Numbered from the stretch's first letter, positions 8,712-18,816 are shown. The stretch: DNA of 64,000 bases from a bacterium (GCA_030429765.1 JAUIER010000001.1:1014-65013), one strand, 5' to 3'. Numbers and translations: made by a program. Notes: generated from the letters alone by a model not told the origin.

Positions 8712-10819
8712 AGGAGAACAAGTTGGGACACCGCGGGATCCACGTGTTGATGGGCATCGCCGCATTGATCTGGATGATTCCCTTTGCGGCGTTTTTTAAG
8801 CGCGAGATCGCCCTTTTCCCCGACGGATGGTCCTATTTCAACTGGACACGCTTTGTATATGACAATATTACACGAGGTGTGTATCCGCTGTGGCAGCCGT
8901 TTGATAATTGGGGATACCCGGTAGGGTTCAAGATTCGGTTTCTAGGCGAGTTCAATCCGCTGTTCTTGCTGATGATGATCCCCTATAAGCTGGGGATATC
9001 CTATCCTGTGGTTTATTTTGCATATGCGGTCGGATACTTTTTGCTCGGTATTTACGGGTTTTATCGAATCTGCCTGCATTTGACGCAGGATCAAATTTCG
9101 GCCTATCTGGGTTTTATCATATTGCTTTTTTCCAATATGGGGATCGCGATATTTTTCAATTATTGCGAGATTGCCTTATTTGTGCCGGCGGTTTGGTTCT
9201 TTTATTTTTTCCTGACGTTTTGTTCCGGGCCGACACGTTCATCACTCATCGGGATGACATTCGCGGTGATGATGATCTTGACGACCTACATGCCGTTTTA
9301 TTTTCTGACTGCTTTTTTAGCCTTTTTGGTCATCGCTGCTGTTTTGTACATGCGCGATTTGAAACCGATTCTGGTCCAGAGTCTCCGGTTTTTAATCCAG
9401 CATCGCGGATTAACGGTCTTGTGTGTGGCCGCTATACTTGTTTCAGCCGTACCGGGTTATATCACCTACAAGGAAACCGGGTCCAGCGAATTCAGTTATG
9501 ATCATCGAAAGGCTGACTCGTCGGAGAGCGCGGTGACAACAGGGGTCTCGATGGTCAACGCAGGGAGTATTCTGGGGCCGGTGACATGGCGGGGACTGTT
9601 ATTCGGACAAAAGTATCAGGACAATTATTTGTCCTACTTTTTTCTGCCGGCCGGGGCCATATTTATCCTGTTGATGACCATTTTTAATCCGTTTAACCGG
9701 CGGCTCGCGCTGTGTTTGGGGGTGGCCCTGGGTATGTTCTATATTGTGATCACCAACGCGTCGGGGGTGACACAGTTTCTGTATGATCGCGTGTTCTTTT
9801 TTAGAATCATGCGGAATATTTTCTATCTATTCTATCTGGCCGTTCCATTTGTAGTTTTTTTCGTGGTGGAACAGCTTCGGATTTGGATGGCGTCGGAAAA
9901 GCAGAATGGATCGATCTCAAGAATTTGGATTCTGTTGGTGGCGACGGGACTGATCGTATATCTCAAGATTCAAGGTCACGCGCTGGTATCTATTTATATC
10001 TCGGTTATCGGCATAGCATCGGCGCTGATTTTTAACGTTCAAAATTTTTCAAGATGGGCCTTTGCACTAGCCGTGACGTTTTTCTTTTTGGTTCATCCGA
10101 TCGATGTGTACCGTCATTATGTGTCGAATGTGGCTGAGGTCATCCCGGCCGGGGAAATCTTCGAGCCGCGGCATCCGAAATTTCACTATCAACGACCGGA
10201 CTTCGGCACCAAGCCGGCGTTTGCGGCCCATGAGTTTGAGGAAAGTTCAGGGTTCACCCTACAGAAATTTGCCGGGACGCAGGGGGCGGCATTGCTGCAG
10301 AACAATACCGATCCCGGGGCGATGAGCCGATATACACGCAATAAATTTATTGCCTATGATCAGACCGTCACGCAATCGTTCGCATCACAAAACTGGTTTC
10401 AGATCGGCCGGCATTTGATTGAATTGCAGAACGAGGCGATTGTCGTGGGCGACGGAGAATCAATCCGTCAGGCGCCGGCGTCGGCCCAGGTGATTTCGTC
10501 GGATTCGGACTTGTTCCGGGTCACGCACTTTGATTTGAACACCATCAGTTTTGAAACCAATTTCCCGACGAGAAAATTTATCGTTTACAACGATAGCTAT
10601 CACAGCGGATGGACGGCCCGTGTCAATGGAGAAGCCGGACCGATATGGCAGAGTAATATCGCTTTTAAAGGGCTGTGGCTTGAGGCGGGACCGAATCTAG
10701 TCCAGTTACGCTTCGGTTCGGTATGGCTCGAACGATTTTATTTTTTGCTGATGATCGTATTCATGTTGGTCTTTGCCGGGTTAATCCATCTACTTGTCCA
10801 GGAGCGATCGCGTGAATAA
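8708..10819 (+). CDS. YfhO-like multi-pass membrane protein (putative GT-C glycosyltransferase)
   Basis: Start at ATG 8708; G.YPLW.P...G.P early loop; many TM helices; C-terminal YNDSYHSGWTARVNG...NIAFKGLWL..G...V.L.F followed by a last TM helix. Confidence 0.7.
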   Translation: MKENKLGHRGIHVLMGIAALIWMIPFAAFFKREIALFPDGWSYFNWTRFVYDNITRGVYPLWQPFDNWGYPVGFKIRFLGEFNPLFLLMMIPYKLGISYPVVYFAYAVGYFLLGIYGFYRICLHLTQDQISAYLGFIILLFSNMGIAIFFNYCEIALFVPAVWFFYFFLTFCSGPTRSSLIGMTFAVMMILTTYMPFYFLTAFLAFLVIAAVLYMRDLKPILVQSLRFLIQHRGLTVLCVAAILVSAVPGYITYKETGSSEFSYDHRKADSSESAVTTGVSMVNAGSILGPVTWRGLLFGQKYQDNYLSYFFLPAGAIFILLMTIFNPFNRRLALCLGVALGMFYIVITNASGVTQFLYDRVFFFRIMRNIFYLFYLAVPFVVFFVVEQLRIWMASEKQNGSISRIWILLVATGLIVYLKIQGHALVSIYISVIGIASALIFNVQNFSRWAFALAVTFFFLVHPIDVYRHYVSNVAEVIPAGEIFEPRHPKFHYQRPDFGTKPAFAAHEFEESSGFTLQKFAGTQGAALLQNNTDPGAMSRYTRNKFIAYDQTVTQSFASQNWFQIGRHLIELQNEAIVVGDGESIRQAPASAQVISSDSDLFRVTHFDLNTISFETNFPTRKFIVYNDSYHSGWTARVNGEAGPIWQSNIAFKGLWLEAGPNLVQLRFGSVWLERFYFLLMIVFMLVFAGLIHLLVQERSRE

Positions 10820-11507
10820 ATATGTGGGGTGGATCAATCGATCGTTGGTTGTTTATCTTATTGTTGGTGGATTGATTTATGTGACGATCGATCATCAACA
10901 GGCCACGATCAAGATTCTCAATCATGACCGGAATGCCGCGCGCTATGTCAATCGACACGCGCTTCGGCCGGATGTTGAATTCGACGAGGCCAAGTTTTAT
11001 AAAGCGGGAGAGTATCAGCGGCGATTGATCAAACTTTTACCCGATGAGTATTTGAGTCATGGTGTTTTGGGTTATATTTATTATCAGCTAGGCGATATCC
11101 CGCGGGCGATACGGTCTTATCAGCGCGCGGCGCGAGTGCGGCCGGAACTATTCGGGTTTCATTACAACCTCGGCTTGATCCATTTTCAAAATCAGGATTG
11201 GGAGCAGGCCGTTGCTTCCTTTGATAAGGCGCTGGCTGCAGGACCCACGGCATCAATCGAACATCATCAGGTGATTGCGCGCCAAATGCTTGACGGCCCC
11301 AATCAGCAGGCGTGGATCCAGTCCAAGGCCGGACAACTCAAACAGGCCTATGAATTGACGCAGCTTTTAAGAAGCAAGGCACAGCAGCGGCAGGGACTCA
11401 GTGAGGCTGAGAACGCATCCTTGTACTACTACGTGCCGGAAATGGAAACGGGGATTAAACCATTAGATGTTATTGTTAACCATCGGAAAACAGGTGAATC
11501 TTTATGA
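10812..11507 (+). CDS. Membrane-anchored tetratricopeptide repeat protein
   Basis: Probable GTG start at 10812; N-terminal TM helix; TPR-like [19 protein letters not shown] and YNLGLIHF...AVASFDKAL. Confidence 0.7.
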   Translation: MNKYVGWINRSLVVYLIVGGLIYVTIDHQQATIKILNHDRNAARYVNRHALRPDVEFDEAKFYKAGEYQRRLIKLLPDEYLSHGVLGYIYYQLGDIPRAIRSYQRAARVRPELFGFHYNLGLIHFQNQDWEQAVASFDKALAAGPTASIEHHQVIARQMLDGPNQQAWIQSKAGQLKQAYELTQLLRSKAQQRQGLSEAENASLYYYVPEMETGIKPLDVIVNHRKTGESL

Positions 11508-12088
11508 GCAAATCAAACGTGAAGGTCCATGAAACGGCCTGGGTGGATGAAGGGGCAACCATTGGGGACGGCACAGCGATCTGGCATTTTTGTCATGTCA
11601 TGAGCGGCGCGCGCATCGGTCAAAATTGCAAGATCGGACAAAATGTCGTTGTACATCCCACCGCGGTGATTGGAAACGGGGTTAAGATCCAGAACAATGT
11701 CTCTGTGTACGATGCCGTGACACTGGAGGATGAGGTGTTTTGCGGTCCGTCCTGTGTGTTTACCAATATTATTAATCCGCGTTCGGCGATCAATCGGAAT
11801 TCTGATAAATTCTTCCGGCGGACGTTGGTGAAAAAGGGTGCGACCATCGGCGCGAATGCCACCATAGTCTGCGGCGTAACGCTGGGGCGGTATGCCTTCG
11901 TGGGGGCCGGAGCGGTGGTTACGCGGGACGTGCCGGACTACACGCTGGTTTACGGAAACCCTGCCCGCGCAATGGGTTGGGCATGTGAATGCGGCGAGCG
12001 GATTGAATTTTCAGCGTCCCGGGCGACTTGTGCCGCCTGTCAGCGTAAATACAGCTATGACAACGGTTTAGTGTCCAACGTCCTGTAA
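11504..12088 (+). CDS. Hexapeptide-repeat N-acetyltransferase (WbpD/WlbB-like) with C-terminal Cys cluster
   Basis: [43 protein letters not shown]; C-terminal CECG...CAAC. Confidence 0.88.
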   Translation: MSKSNVKVHETAWVDEGATIGDGTAIWHFCHVMSGARIGQNCKIGQNVVVHPTAVIGNGVKIQNNVSVYDAVTLEDEVFCGPSCVFTNIINPRSAINRNSDKFFRRTLVKKGATIGANATIVCGVTLGRYAFVGAGAVVTRDVPDYTLVYGNPARAMGWACECGERIEFSASRATCAACQRKYSYDNGLVSNVL

Positions 12089-12115
12089 TTATCTGTCCAC
12101 GGTCTCAAAAATAAT

Positions 12116-12144
12116 TTGCCAAGCCCAGAGCGGATGTATATAAT
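12116..12144 (+). promoter_or_regulatory. Sigma70-type promoter for the trxA operon
   Basis: TTGCCA-17 nt-TATAAT; AAGGAG Shine-Dalgarno before ATG 12195. Confidence 0.7.
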
Positions 12145-12194
12145 ACACATCCACTAACAACCTTATAAATAATACTACATATAAAGGAGTCCGG

Positions 12195-12518
12195 ATGAGC
12201 GCAACACATCTGACAGAGCAGAATTTTGAGAAGGAAGTCATCAAGTCTGACATTCCCGTTTTGGTGGATTTTTGGGCGGAGTGGTGCGGTCCCTGCAAGA
12301 TGATCAGTCCGATTATTGATGAAATTGCCGAGGAACTCAGTGGAAAGCTGAAAGTGACAAAGCTCAATGTGGATGACGCGCAGGAACTTGCGGCCAAATT
12401 CAGTATTTTGTCGATTCCGACATTGCTGGTTTTCAAGAATGGTGAGCCGGTTGAGCAAATTGTCGGGGCGATGTCTAAAGATCAGTTGCTGGAAAAGATC
12501 AATCCGCAGTTGGCGTAG
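12195..12518 (+). CDS. trxA: Thioredoxin
   Basis: VDFWAEWCGPCK, SIPTL, 107 aa. Confidence 0.97.
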   Translation: MSATHLTEQNFEKEVIKSDIPVLVDFWAEWCGPCKMISPIIDEIAEELSGKLKVTKLNVDDAQELAAKFSILSIPTLLVFKNGEPVEQIVGAMSKDQLLEKINPQLA

Positions 12519-12529
12519 GAAAATATTTT

Positions 12530-12880
12530 ATGACGATAGAGTTTTGCTATTCAAAGATAACGTACGCGGTTGTGACGCAGGCGGAATTGTATTACGAAGG
12601 CAGTATCACCATTGACGAAAAGATATTGCAGGCCGCCGAGATTGTACCGGGACAGAAACTGCAGATTGTAAATATCAATAATGGTCAGCGGTTTGAGACC
12701 TATGCCATTGCCGGTGAGGCCGGATCGGGGGCGATTTGTCTTAATGGACCGGCGGCCCGGTTGGGTATGGTCGGTGATCAGATCCACATCCTGAGTTATG
12801 TTCATGTCGACCGGGATCAGGCCCGTTCGATGAAGACCCGGGTGATTGATCTGGGCGAGGGCAATCAGATCAAATCATGA
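12530..12880 (+). CDS. panD: Aspartate 1-decarboxylase proenzyme
   Basis: K9, G24-S25 autocleavage site (YEGSITID), NGQRFETY, CLNGPAARL. Confidence 0.9.
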   Translation: MTIEFCYSKITYAVVTQAELYYEGSITIDEKILQAAEIVPGQKLQIVNINNGQRFETYAIAGEAGSGAICLNGPAARLGMVGDQIHILSYVHVDRDQARSMKTRVIDLGEGNQIKS

Positions 12881-13386
12881 AAATTCCCCCGTTGAAAGTC
12901 CGGTTATATGGCGATCCGTGTCTGCGGGAGCCGGCCCAGACGGTCGAAGAAGTGGGAATTGTGGAGATCATGCTGATCGATGCCATGATTGAGACCATGA
13001 TCCGATACAAGGGCATTGGACTGGCCGCACCGCAAGTCGGGATTAGCCGGCGGATTCTCGTGGCAGATATCGGCGACGGTCCGATCGCGCTGATCAATCC
13101 GGAGATCAAAAAACAATCCGGCTCGGGCGTGCTGGAAGAAGGATGTCTCAGTATTCCCGAGGTGAATCTCAATATCACACGGGCGAAATCGATCGTGGTC
13201 GAGTACCGCGATATCAACAACCAAGTCGTCCAAAAAAAATTTAAGGATCTGATGGCGCGGGTCATTCTGCATGAAACCGATCACCTCAACGGCAAGATGA
13301 TCGTGGATTACGCCACCAAAGAAGATTTGGAAAAGATTCAGCCTCAACTGACGTTGCTGGAAGAACGGCAGAAGAAAGCTTCATAA
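12877..13386 (+). CDS. def: Peptide deformylase
   Basis: GIGLAAPQVG, EGCLS, HETDHLNG. Confidence 0.96.
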   Translation: MKIPPLKVRLYGDPCLREPAQTVEEVGIVEIMLIDAMIETMIRYKGIGLAAPQVGISRRILVADIGDGPIALINPEIKKQSGSGVLEEGCLSIPEVNLNITRAKSIVVEYRDINNQVVQKKFKDLMARVILHETDHLNGKMIVDYATKEDLEKIQPQLTLLEERQKKAS

Positions 13387-13404
13387 CCACTCAAATTTTT
13401 CATC

Positions 13405-14313
13405 ATGGTTCAAATCGTCGACGAGAAATTACCGGAAAATCAGCCATTACCCAAATGGTTCCGTCAGGAACTGCCGGACATGGACCGGATCCGGGAAATG
13501 AAAAAAATGTTCCGTTCATCCGGCCTGCATACGGTTTGTGAAAGCGCCCGTTGTCCGAATATCGGTAAATGCTGGGGAGAGGGCGTAGCGACCTTTATGA
13601 TCCTGGGAGAGATTTGTACCCGTGCGTGTCGTTTTTGCGCGGTCAAGGCCGGCCGGCCGATGGATGTCGATCCGGATGAGCCGCGAAACGTCGCCCAGGC
13701 CGTAAAAGATTTGAATCTGCGTTACGTGGTGATCACTTCGGTGGCCCGGGACGACATTCCCGATGAAGGAGCGGAACATTTTTATCAAACTATTCGGCAG
13801 ATCCGTTCTCTCAGTCCGCAAACCAAGATTGAAGTATTAATCCCGGATTTTTCCAACAAACAGCCGAGTATCGAGCGATTGATCGAAGCACATCCGGAGG
13901 TTGTGAGCCACAATATCGAAAGCGTCCGCCGGGTGTCCAGCCGAATCCGCCCGCAGGCGCAATACGACCGCTCACTCGATGTCCTGCGTAATTTTAAGAA
14001 ATTCGGTCCGGATATCTTCACCAAATCGAGCTTCATGCTCGGACTCGGAGAGACACATGACGAGATTGAAGAGGTCATGCGCGATCTTCTGAATGCCGAT
14101 GTGGATATTCTGACCATCGGCCAATATCTCCAACCCACACAATTAAAGCGACACATTCCCGTCGAACATTTTTATACACCTCAGGAATTTGATTTTTACA
14201 AACAGCTTGGTTTGAAGATGGGGTTCAAGCACGTGATGAGCGGTCCGCTGGTCCGCAGCTCGTTCATCGCCGAGGAAGGGTATAAAGAATGCTTCGGAAA
14301 AGTCAATGCCTGA
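13405..14313 (+). CDS. lipA: Lipoyl synthase
   Basis: CX4CX5C (CESARCPNIGKC), CX3CX2C (CTRACRFC), C-terminal PLVRSS. Confidence 0.96.
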   Translation: MVQIVDEKLPENQPLPKWFRQELPDMDRIREMKKMFRSSGLHTVCESARCPNIGKCWGEGVATFMILGEICTRACRFCAVKAGRPMDVDPDEPRNVAQAVKDLNLRYVVITSVARDDIPDEGAEHFYQTIRQIRSLSPQTKIEVLIPDFSNKQPSIERLIEAHPEVVSHNIESVRRVSSRIRPQAQYDRSLDVLRNFKKFGPDIFTKSSFMLGLGETHDEIEEVMRDLLNADVDILTIGQYLQPTQLKRHIPVEHFYTPQEFDFYKQLGLKMGFKHVMSGPLVRSSFIAEEGYKECFGKVNA

Positions 14314-14381
14314 TCAGGACGTTCAGCGGAATTGTCCAGCAGGTTTTCATTAACCCACATGGAATGCGCGTTTAATCCCTT

Positions 14382-15365
14382 ATGAAAAAATTTTTGAATT
14401 ACATACTCCGAGTCGGAATCAGTGTGGCCCTGTTATGGTGGCTGTTTTCCAAAAAGATTGACCTGCCCAGCACGATTGAGGTCTTGAAAAATGCCGACTT
14501 GCCGTTTATCGGTCTGGCATTCGCCATCTTTGTCTTCACGAACATTGTAATTTTGATCCGCTGGATCATATTTATTCGCGCTCTCGAACTGGATATCCCT
14601 TTAGGGGAAATCATTCGATATTGTCTGATCGGTTTGTTCGGAAATCTGTTCCTGCCAAGCGCGATCGGCGGCGACGCGATCAAGATCTATGGGCTTTGCA
14701 AAAGCACACCGCATAAGGCCAAGGTAGTGGCTTCGATTCTGCTCGACCGGCTCTGCGGATATATTGGACTGGTGGTTGTGGTGATCGGCGCGTTTATCGT
14801 CGGGCACAAACACATTACCGACCCCACCATTACCTACGCGATTTTGCTGGTCATTCCTGGAACATTTGTCGTTATGACGGTGTTATTCAATGAAGCGGTG
14901 TATGAATTCTGCTGCCGTTTGTTCAACGGCATTCCCAAGATTAAAAACGCGTTGATGCAGATGCATTATGATATTGCGTTACTCAAAGGAAATAAAAAAT
15001 CCGGATTTGCCGGCCTGGCCCTGTCATGTGTGTCGCATGTCCTGCTGGCTGTGTTGTCATTTTATATCGCCAAAGGGTTGGGGCAGAGTGTCAGCCTGAT
15101 CTATTTTCTGCTCTTCTTCCCGCTGATCAGTATGGCGGCGGCCTTGCCGTCTCTGGGAGGATTGGGCGTGCGTGAGGCGGCCGCGGTGTACTTTTTTGGC
15201 AAGATCGGGATCGATTCGGGAATCGCGGCGAGTATCACGCTGATGACGTACATCTACATGGTGATCATCGGACTTATTGGGGGAGCGGTTTATGTCTTTA
15301 CACTATCTTCTGGACGGATACAACATCCTGCACCAGATGCCCCGGCTGACGGAACTGGACATTGA
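14382..15365 (+). CDS. UPF0104 / lysylphosphatidylglycerol synthase TM-domain (flippase-like) membrane protein
   Basis: IRW, NLFLPSAIGGD, SILLDRL, LPSLGGLGVRE; about 8 TM helices. Confidence 0.85.
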   Translation: MKKFLNYILRVGISVALLWWLFSKKIDLPSTIEVLKNADLPFIGLAFAIFVFTNIVILIRWIIFIRALELDIPLGEIIRYCLIGLFGNLFLPSAIGGDAIKIYGLCKSTPHKAKVVASILLDRLCGYIGLVVVVIGAFIVGHKHITDPTITYAILLVIPGTFVVMTVLFNEAVYEFCCRLFNGIPKIKNALMQMHYDIALLKGNKKSGFAGLALSCVSHVLLAVLSFYIAKGLGQSVSLIYFLLFFPLISMAAALPSLGGLGVREAAAVYFFGKIGIDSGIAASITLMTYIYMVIIGLIGGAVYVFTLSSGRIQHPAPDAPADGTGH

Positions 15366-15786
15366 TCAGCAGCGATTGATTCTGGTCCGGGAGATCGAGA
15401 AGCAGCGACCGCATGGCCGGCAGCGAAACCAGATCACCATCTATTTTGATGGGCGGCCGGGCCCGGTTCAGCCGATCCAGTCGTCGGTGGTCAAGGTTCA
15501 GTTCACGTATGATGACACGGCGGATGACCGGATTAAGACGGCCGTGCATGAGGCCTCGAACAGCCGGAATATTGTAGTTGTCACCGATGATCGCGCGATT
15601 CAGTACGCGGTCCGCGCGTATGGGGCCAAGGTCTGGACAGTCAAAGAATTTCTAGACCGATTGAATAAAACGTCCGCCGGTTCAGGTTCAAGCAGCGGCA
15701 GCAATCGCGGAATTTCGGCGCAGTCCGCCGAACAGATTAATTCTGAGCTGGAAGACATATGGCTCCGGAAAAAATCAGATGAATGA
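15292..15786 (+). CDS. NYN-domain (YacP/Rae1-like) putative ribonuclease
   Basis: YLLDGYN, YFDG, TADD.I, VVTDDR; start probably ATG 15292, overlapping the upstream gene. Confidence 0.8.
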   Translation: MSLHYLLDGYNILHQMPRLTELDIDQQRLILVREIEKQRPHGRQRNQITIYFDGRPGPVQPIQSSVVKVQFTYDDTADDRIKTAVHEASNSRNIVVVTDDRAIQYAVRAYGAKVWTVKEFLDRLNKTSAGSGSSSGSNRGISAQSAEQINSELEDIWLRKKSDE

Positions 15787-15847
15787 GACCACATAACGGT
15801 CAAAACTGTTTCTATCACCAAAAATTTCTATTATAATAAAACCGCCC

Positions 15848-16618
15848 ATGAAATCATTTTTTGAGTCAATGGTGAACATCGTCAGAGGCATGGGAGACGC
15901 TCTTTGGTTTTTATGTGACATACTCGGACATATTTTGTGCGGTCGGATTCGTATCGGGGAAGTCCTCAAACAGGTGTATGAACAGGGTGTTCAGTCGGTG
16001 ATTATTATCACCTTGACCTCGGTGGCCTCCGGTATGGTGTTAGCGCTCCAGGGCTATGTGGCGATGAGCCGCTTCGGGGCCAAAGAATACATATCTCATT
16101 TAGTGGCTTTGTCTTTGGTGCGCGAATTAAGTCCGGTATTCACGGCACTGGTGTTTTCAGGAAAGGCCGGCGCGCGGATTACGGCTGAATTGGGGACGAT
16201 GAATGTCAACAGTCAGATCCTGGCGACCAAGACCATGGGGGTGGATCCGGTGGAATACCTGGTCGTGCCGCGGTTTTTGGGGACGATTATCGCGCTACCC
16301 GTGTTGACGATCATCTCAGAGATCGTCGGTATCGCCGGAGGCTATCTGATCGGGGTCTACGAGGCCAACATCCCCGGGGCTTTCTACATCAATCAGACGA
16401 TCAAGGCCATCCGCTACGTGGATTTTTTCAGCGGATTTATAAAAGTGGCATTTTTTTCATTTATTATTTCCTGGGTCTGCTGTTATCAAGGTTATTTCAC
16501 CCGCGGCGGATCGCTGGGCGTGGGTCAATACACCACCAAGGCGGTGGCGTATTCGTATATATACATCATTATTTCCAACACACTCTTAACCAAGTTCATT
16601 CTAACCTTTTGGGGTTAA
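15848..16618 (+). CDS. mlaE: MlaE family ABC transporter permease
   Basis: LVRELSPVFTAL, AELGTM, GVDPVEYLVVPR, GVGQYTTKAV. Confidence 0.92.
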   Translation: MKSFFESMVNIVRGMGDALWFLCDILGHILCGRIRIGEVLKQVYEQGVQSVIIITLTSVASGMVLALQGYVAMSRFGAKEYISHLVALSLVRELSPVFTALVFSGKAGARITAELGTMNVNSQILATKTMGVDPVEYLVVPRFLGTIIALPVLTIISEIVGIAGGYLIGVYEANIPGAFYINQTIKAIRYVDFFSGFIKVAFFSFIISWVCCYQGYFTRGGSLGVGQYTTKAVAYSYIYIIISNTLLTKFILTFWG

Positions 16619-16627
16619 GGAGGGATT

Positions 16628-16975
16628 GTGATACGTAGGACTTCGACAACGATAGTATGCATGATCGGTTTGATGATCGCGCTGTCCGGCTGTTCATCCA
16701 ATGGCGTCGGGAATAGAGGAAATGTGCCGTCATATGCCTTTGGGAATATGGAGGCGGAGTGGATCCGTAACGGTGAGCCCGTGGAGTTTGAAGGTCAGAT
16801 GTGGTATCCGGCCGATGGGATCGAGAGTTTGACCGACATGGAAGTTTATCCGATCAGTGAGTACCGGGGTGTTAAGATCTTTGTGGACAAGACGGATGTC
16901 CGGCCCTTTGACCGGGTGTACACAAAGTTCGGTGTCAACAAGTACCGATACTTTAAACCCAGATCTGCATTATGA
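16628..16975 (+). CDS. Hypothetical lipoprotein within the Mla-type operon
   Basis: Signal peptide with lipobox LSGC; ATGA overlap with mlaF; GTG start after AGGAGG. Confidence 0.7.
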   Translation: MIRRTSTTIVCMIGLMIALSGCSSNGVGNRGNVPSYAFGNMEAEWIRNGEPVEFEGQMWYPADGIESLTDMEVYPISEYRGVKIFVDKTDVRPFDRVYTKFGVNKYRYFKPRSAL

Positions 16976-17688
16976 TCGAACTGACGAATGTCTCCAAAAC
17001 ATTTTCCGGGCAGAAAATTCTGGATGATATCAGCCTTCAAATCGGCACTGGAGAAATTGTCGTTATTCTGGGTGAGAGCGGGACAGGAAAAAGTGTTCTG
17101 CTCAAGCATATCATCGGACTGATCAAGCCGGATCAGGGCCACATCAAGATCGATGGTCAGGATATCAGCCGGTTGTCGGAACGAAAGTTGCTGAATGTGC
17201 GTAAGAAGATCGGTTTTTTGTTTCAGGAAGGCGCGCTCTACGACTTCATGAATTGTTTCGACAACATTGCGTTTCCACTGCGGGAACACACCCGGATGAA
17301 AGAGCGGGTGATTAAAGAGAAGATCCAGAAGATTCTCAAATTGATTGACCTGCAGGGTGTTGAAGATAAGTTGCCCTCGCAGTTATCCGGCGGGATGAAA
17401 AAACGTGTGGCCCTCGCCCGGGCGATTGTGCTGGATTCCAAGATCCTGTTTTGCGATGAACCGACGTCGGGTCTGGACCCGATCCGCAGCCGTGACATTT
17501 CGGACCTGATCCGCAATGTGTCCAAGGAGCTTAATTGTACGACGGTGATCACGTCTCATGATATTAAAAATTCATTCCGTGTGGCGGACCGGCTGATCCT
17601 GCTCGGCAAGGGCAAGATCATCGCGGACGGCAACCGGAGTTTCTTTGAGCAATCCAATTTACCGCAAGTTCAGGAATTTATCAGCTGA
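16972..17688 (+). CDS. mlaF: MlaF family ABC transporter ATP-binding protein
   Basis: GESGTGKS, LSGGMKKRVALARA, DEPTSGLDP. Confidence 0.92.
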   Translation: MIELTNVSKTFSGQKILDDISLQIGTGEIVVILGESGTGKSVLLKHIIGLIKPDQGHIKIDGQDISRLSERKLLNVRKKIGFLFQEGALYDFMNCFDNIAFPLREHTRMKERVIKEKIQKILKLIDLQGVEDKLPSQLSGGMKKRVALARAIVLDSKILFCDEPTSGLDPIRSRDISDLIRNVSKELNCTTVITSHDIKNSFRVADRLILLGKGKIIADGNRSFFEQSNLPQVQEFIS

Positions 17689-17697
17689 GGTTTCTAT

Positions 17698-18369
17698 ATG
17701 AATTTAAGAGATTTTACTAAAAGTTTTATGGCCGGATTGTTCTTTATTGTCGGGGTGCTGCTGATCGTTGGCTTTGTCTTTACGTTGGGCAAGGACAAAG
17801 GATTGGCCAAGGCCAAATTTCAGATTCCGGTGTTGTTTAACAATGTCGGCGGTCTGTCTGAAGGCGCGCCGGCCCGTTTGGCGGGTGTTACCGTCGGGGG
17901 CGTATCCAGCATAGACTTTCTCCAAAAACCGGTGGAAGGGCGCCGTGTAGTGGTCACGATCAGTGTGCTCGATAAATACCGGCCGCAGTTTGACAATAGC
18001 GTCAAGTTCGCGATTGTCACCGAAGGGGTGTTGGGTGAGAAGCTGATGGAAATCAAGATTCTGGATGGCGGTGATAAATTGAATTTATCTCAGCCGATCT
18101 TCGGTGAAGATCCGTTAGAGGTTTCCGATCTGGTGGAGGTATTCACATCTGCGGCGGATTCGTTTACCAAGACGGCCGAGGAAATCAGTCAGATCGACAT
18201 GGTGGAACTATCGACTGTGATGCGTGATTCGTCCAAGGCCCTGTTGATCACAGCCGACGGTCTCAATGCCATGATGGACGAGCTGTATGACATCACGCGA
18301 AAATCCAAGCGGATCTTCGATCGGATCGAACAAAAGGTCATCGAAGGGGATTTATTCAAAGTTTTTTAG
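17698..18369 (+). CDS. mlaD: MlaD/MCE domain protein
   Basis: N-terminal TM, FNNVGGLSEGAP..LAGV.VG.V, TEGVLGEK, C-terminal helical region. Confidence 0.9.
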   Translation: MNLRDFTKSFMAGLFFIVGVLLIVGFVFTLGKDKGLAKAKFQIPVLFNNVGGLSEGAPARLAGVTVGGVSSIDFLQKPVEGRRVVVTISVLDKYRPQFDNSVKFAIVTEGVLGEKLMEIKILDGGDKLNLSQPIFGEDPLEVSDLVEVFTSAADSFTKTAEEISQIDMVELSTVMRDSSKALLITADGLNAMMDELYDITRKSKRIFDRIEQKVIEGDLFKVF

Positions 18370-18435
18370 AAGGTGAACGCCCGCATTCACTTGCGTCAAC
18401 CTAGTCGGGCTCATGAAATCAGAGAGGAACACGAT

Positions 18436-18816
18436 ATGTTTGTACTGGGTAATTTTTTAATTGCCGTCGCTTCAATCCTTGGTATAATTCTTAAATTGTT
18501 GTACTGGTTGATCTTGATCCGGGCCCTTATCAGTTGGGTCAATCCGGACCCATACAATCCGGTCGTTCAGTTTCTTCACCGTACCACGGAGCCGATATTG
18601 CAGCCGATTCGTCGGTTTATGCCGCCGATGGCCATCGACATATCACCGATAATCGCGTTTTTTGCTATCATATTCCTGAATATTTTTCTGGTGACGTCGA
18701 TACAGGAATTTGGGTTGCGGCTAAAGAGTCAATCGCAACCTGTACAGCGGATGGATTTGAGGTCTGCAGGATCTGAAAGAGGACAGGAAGACACCGGAAC
18801 GTTCATGAGCCGGTAA
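18436..18816 (+). CDS. yggT: YggT family membrane protein
   Basis: Start at ATG 18436 after GAGG; RALISWVNPDPYNP, TEPIL.PIRR, DISPI. Confidence 0.9.
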   Translation: MFVLGNFLIAVASILGIILKLLYWLILIRALISWVNPDPYNPVVQFLHRTTEPILQPIRRFMPPMAIDISPIIAFFAIIFLNIFLVTSIQEFGLRLKSQSQPVQRMDLRSAGSERGQEDTGTFMSR

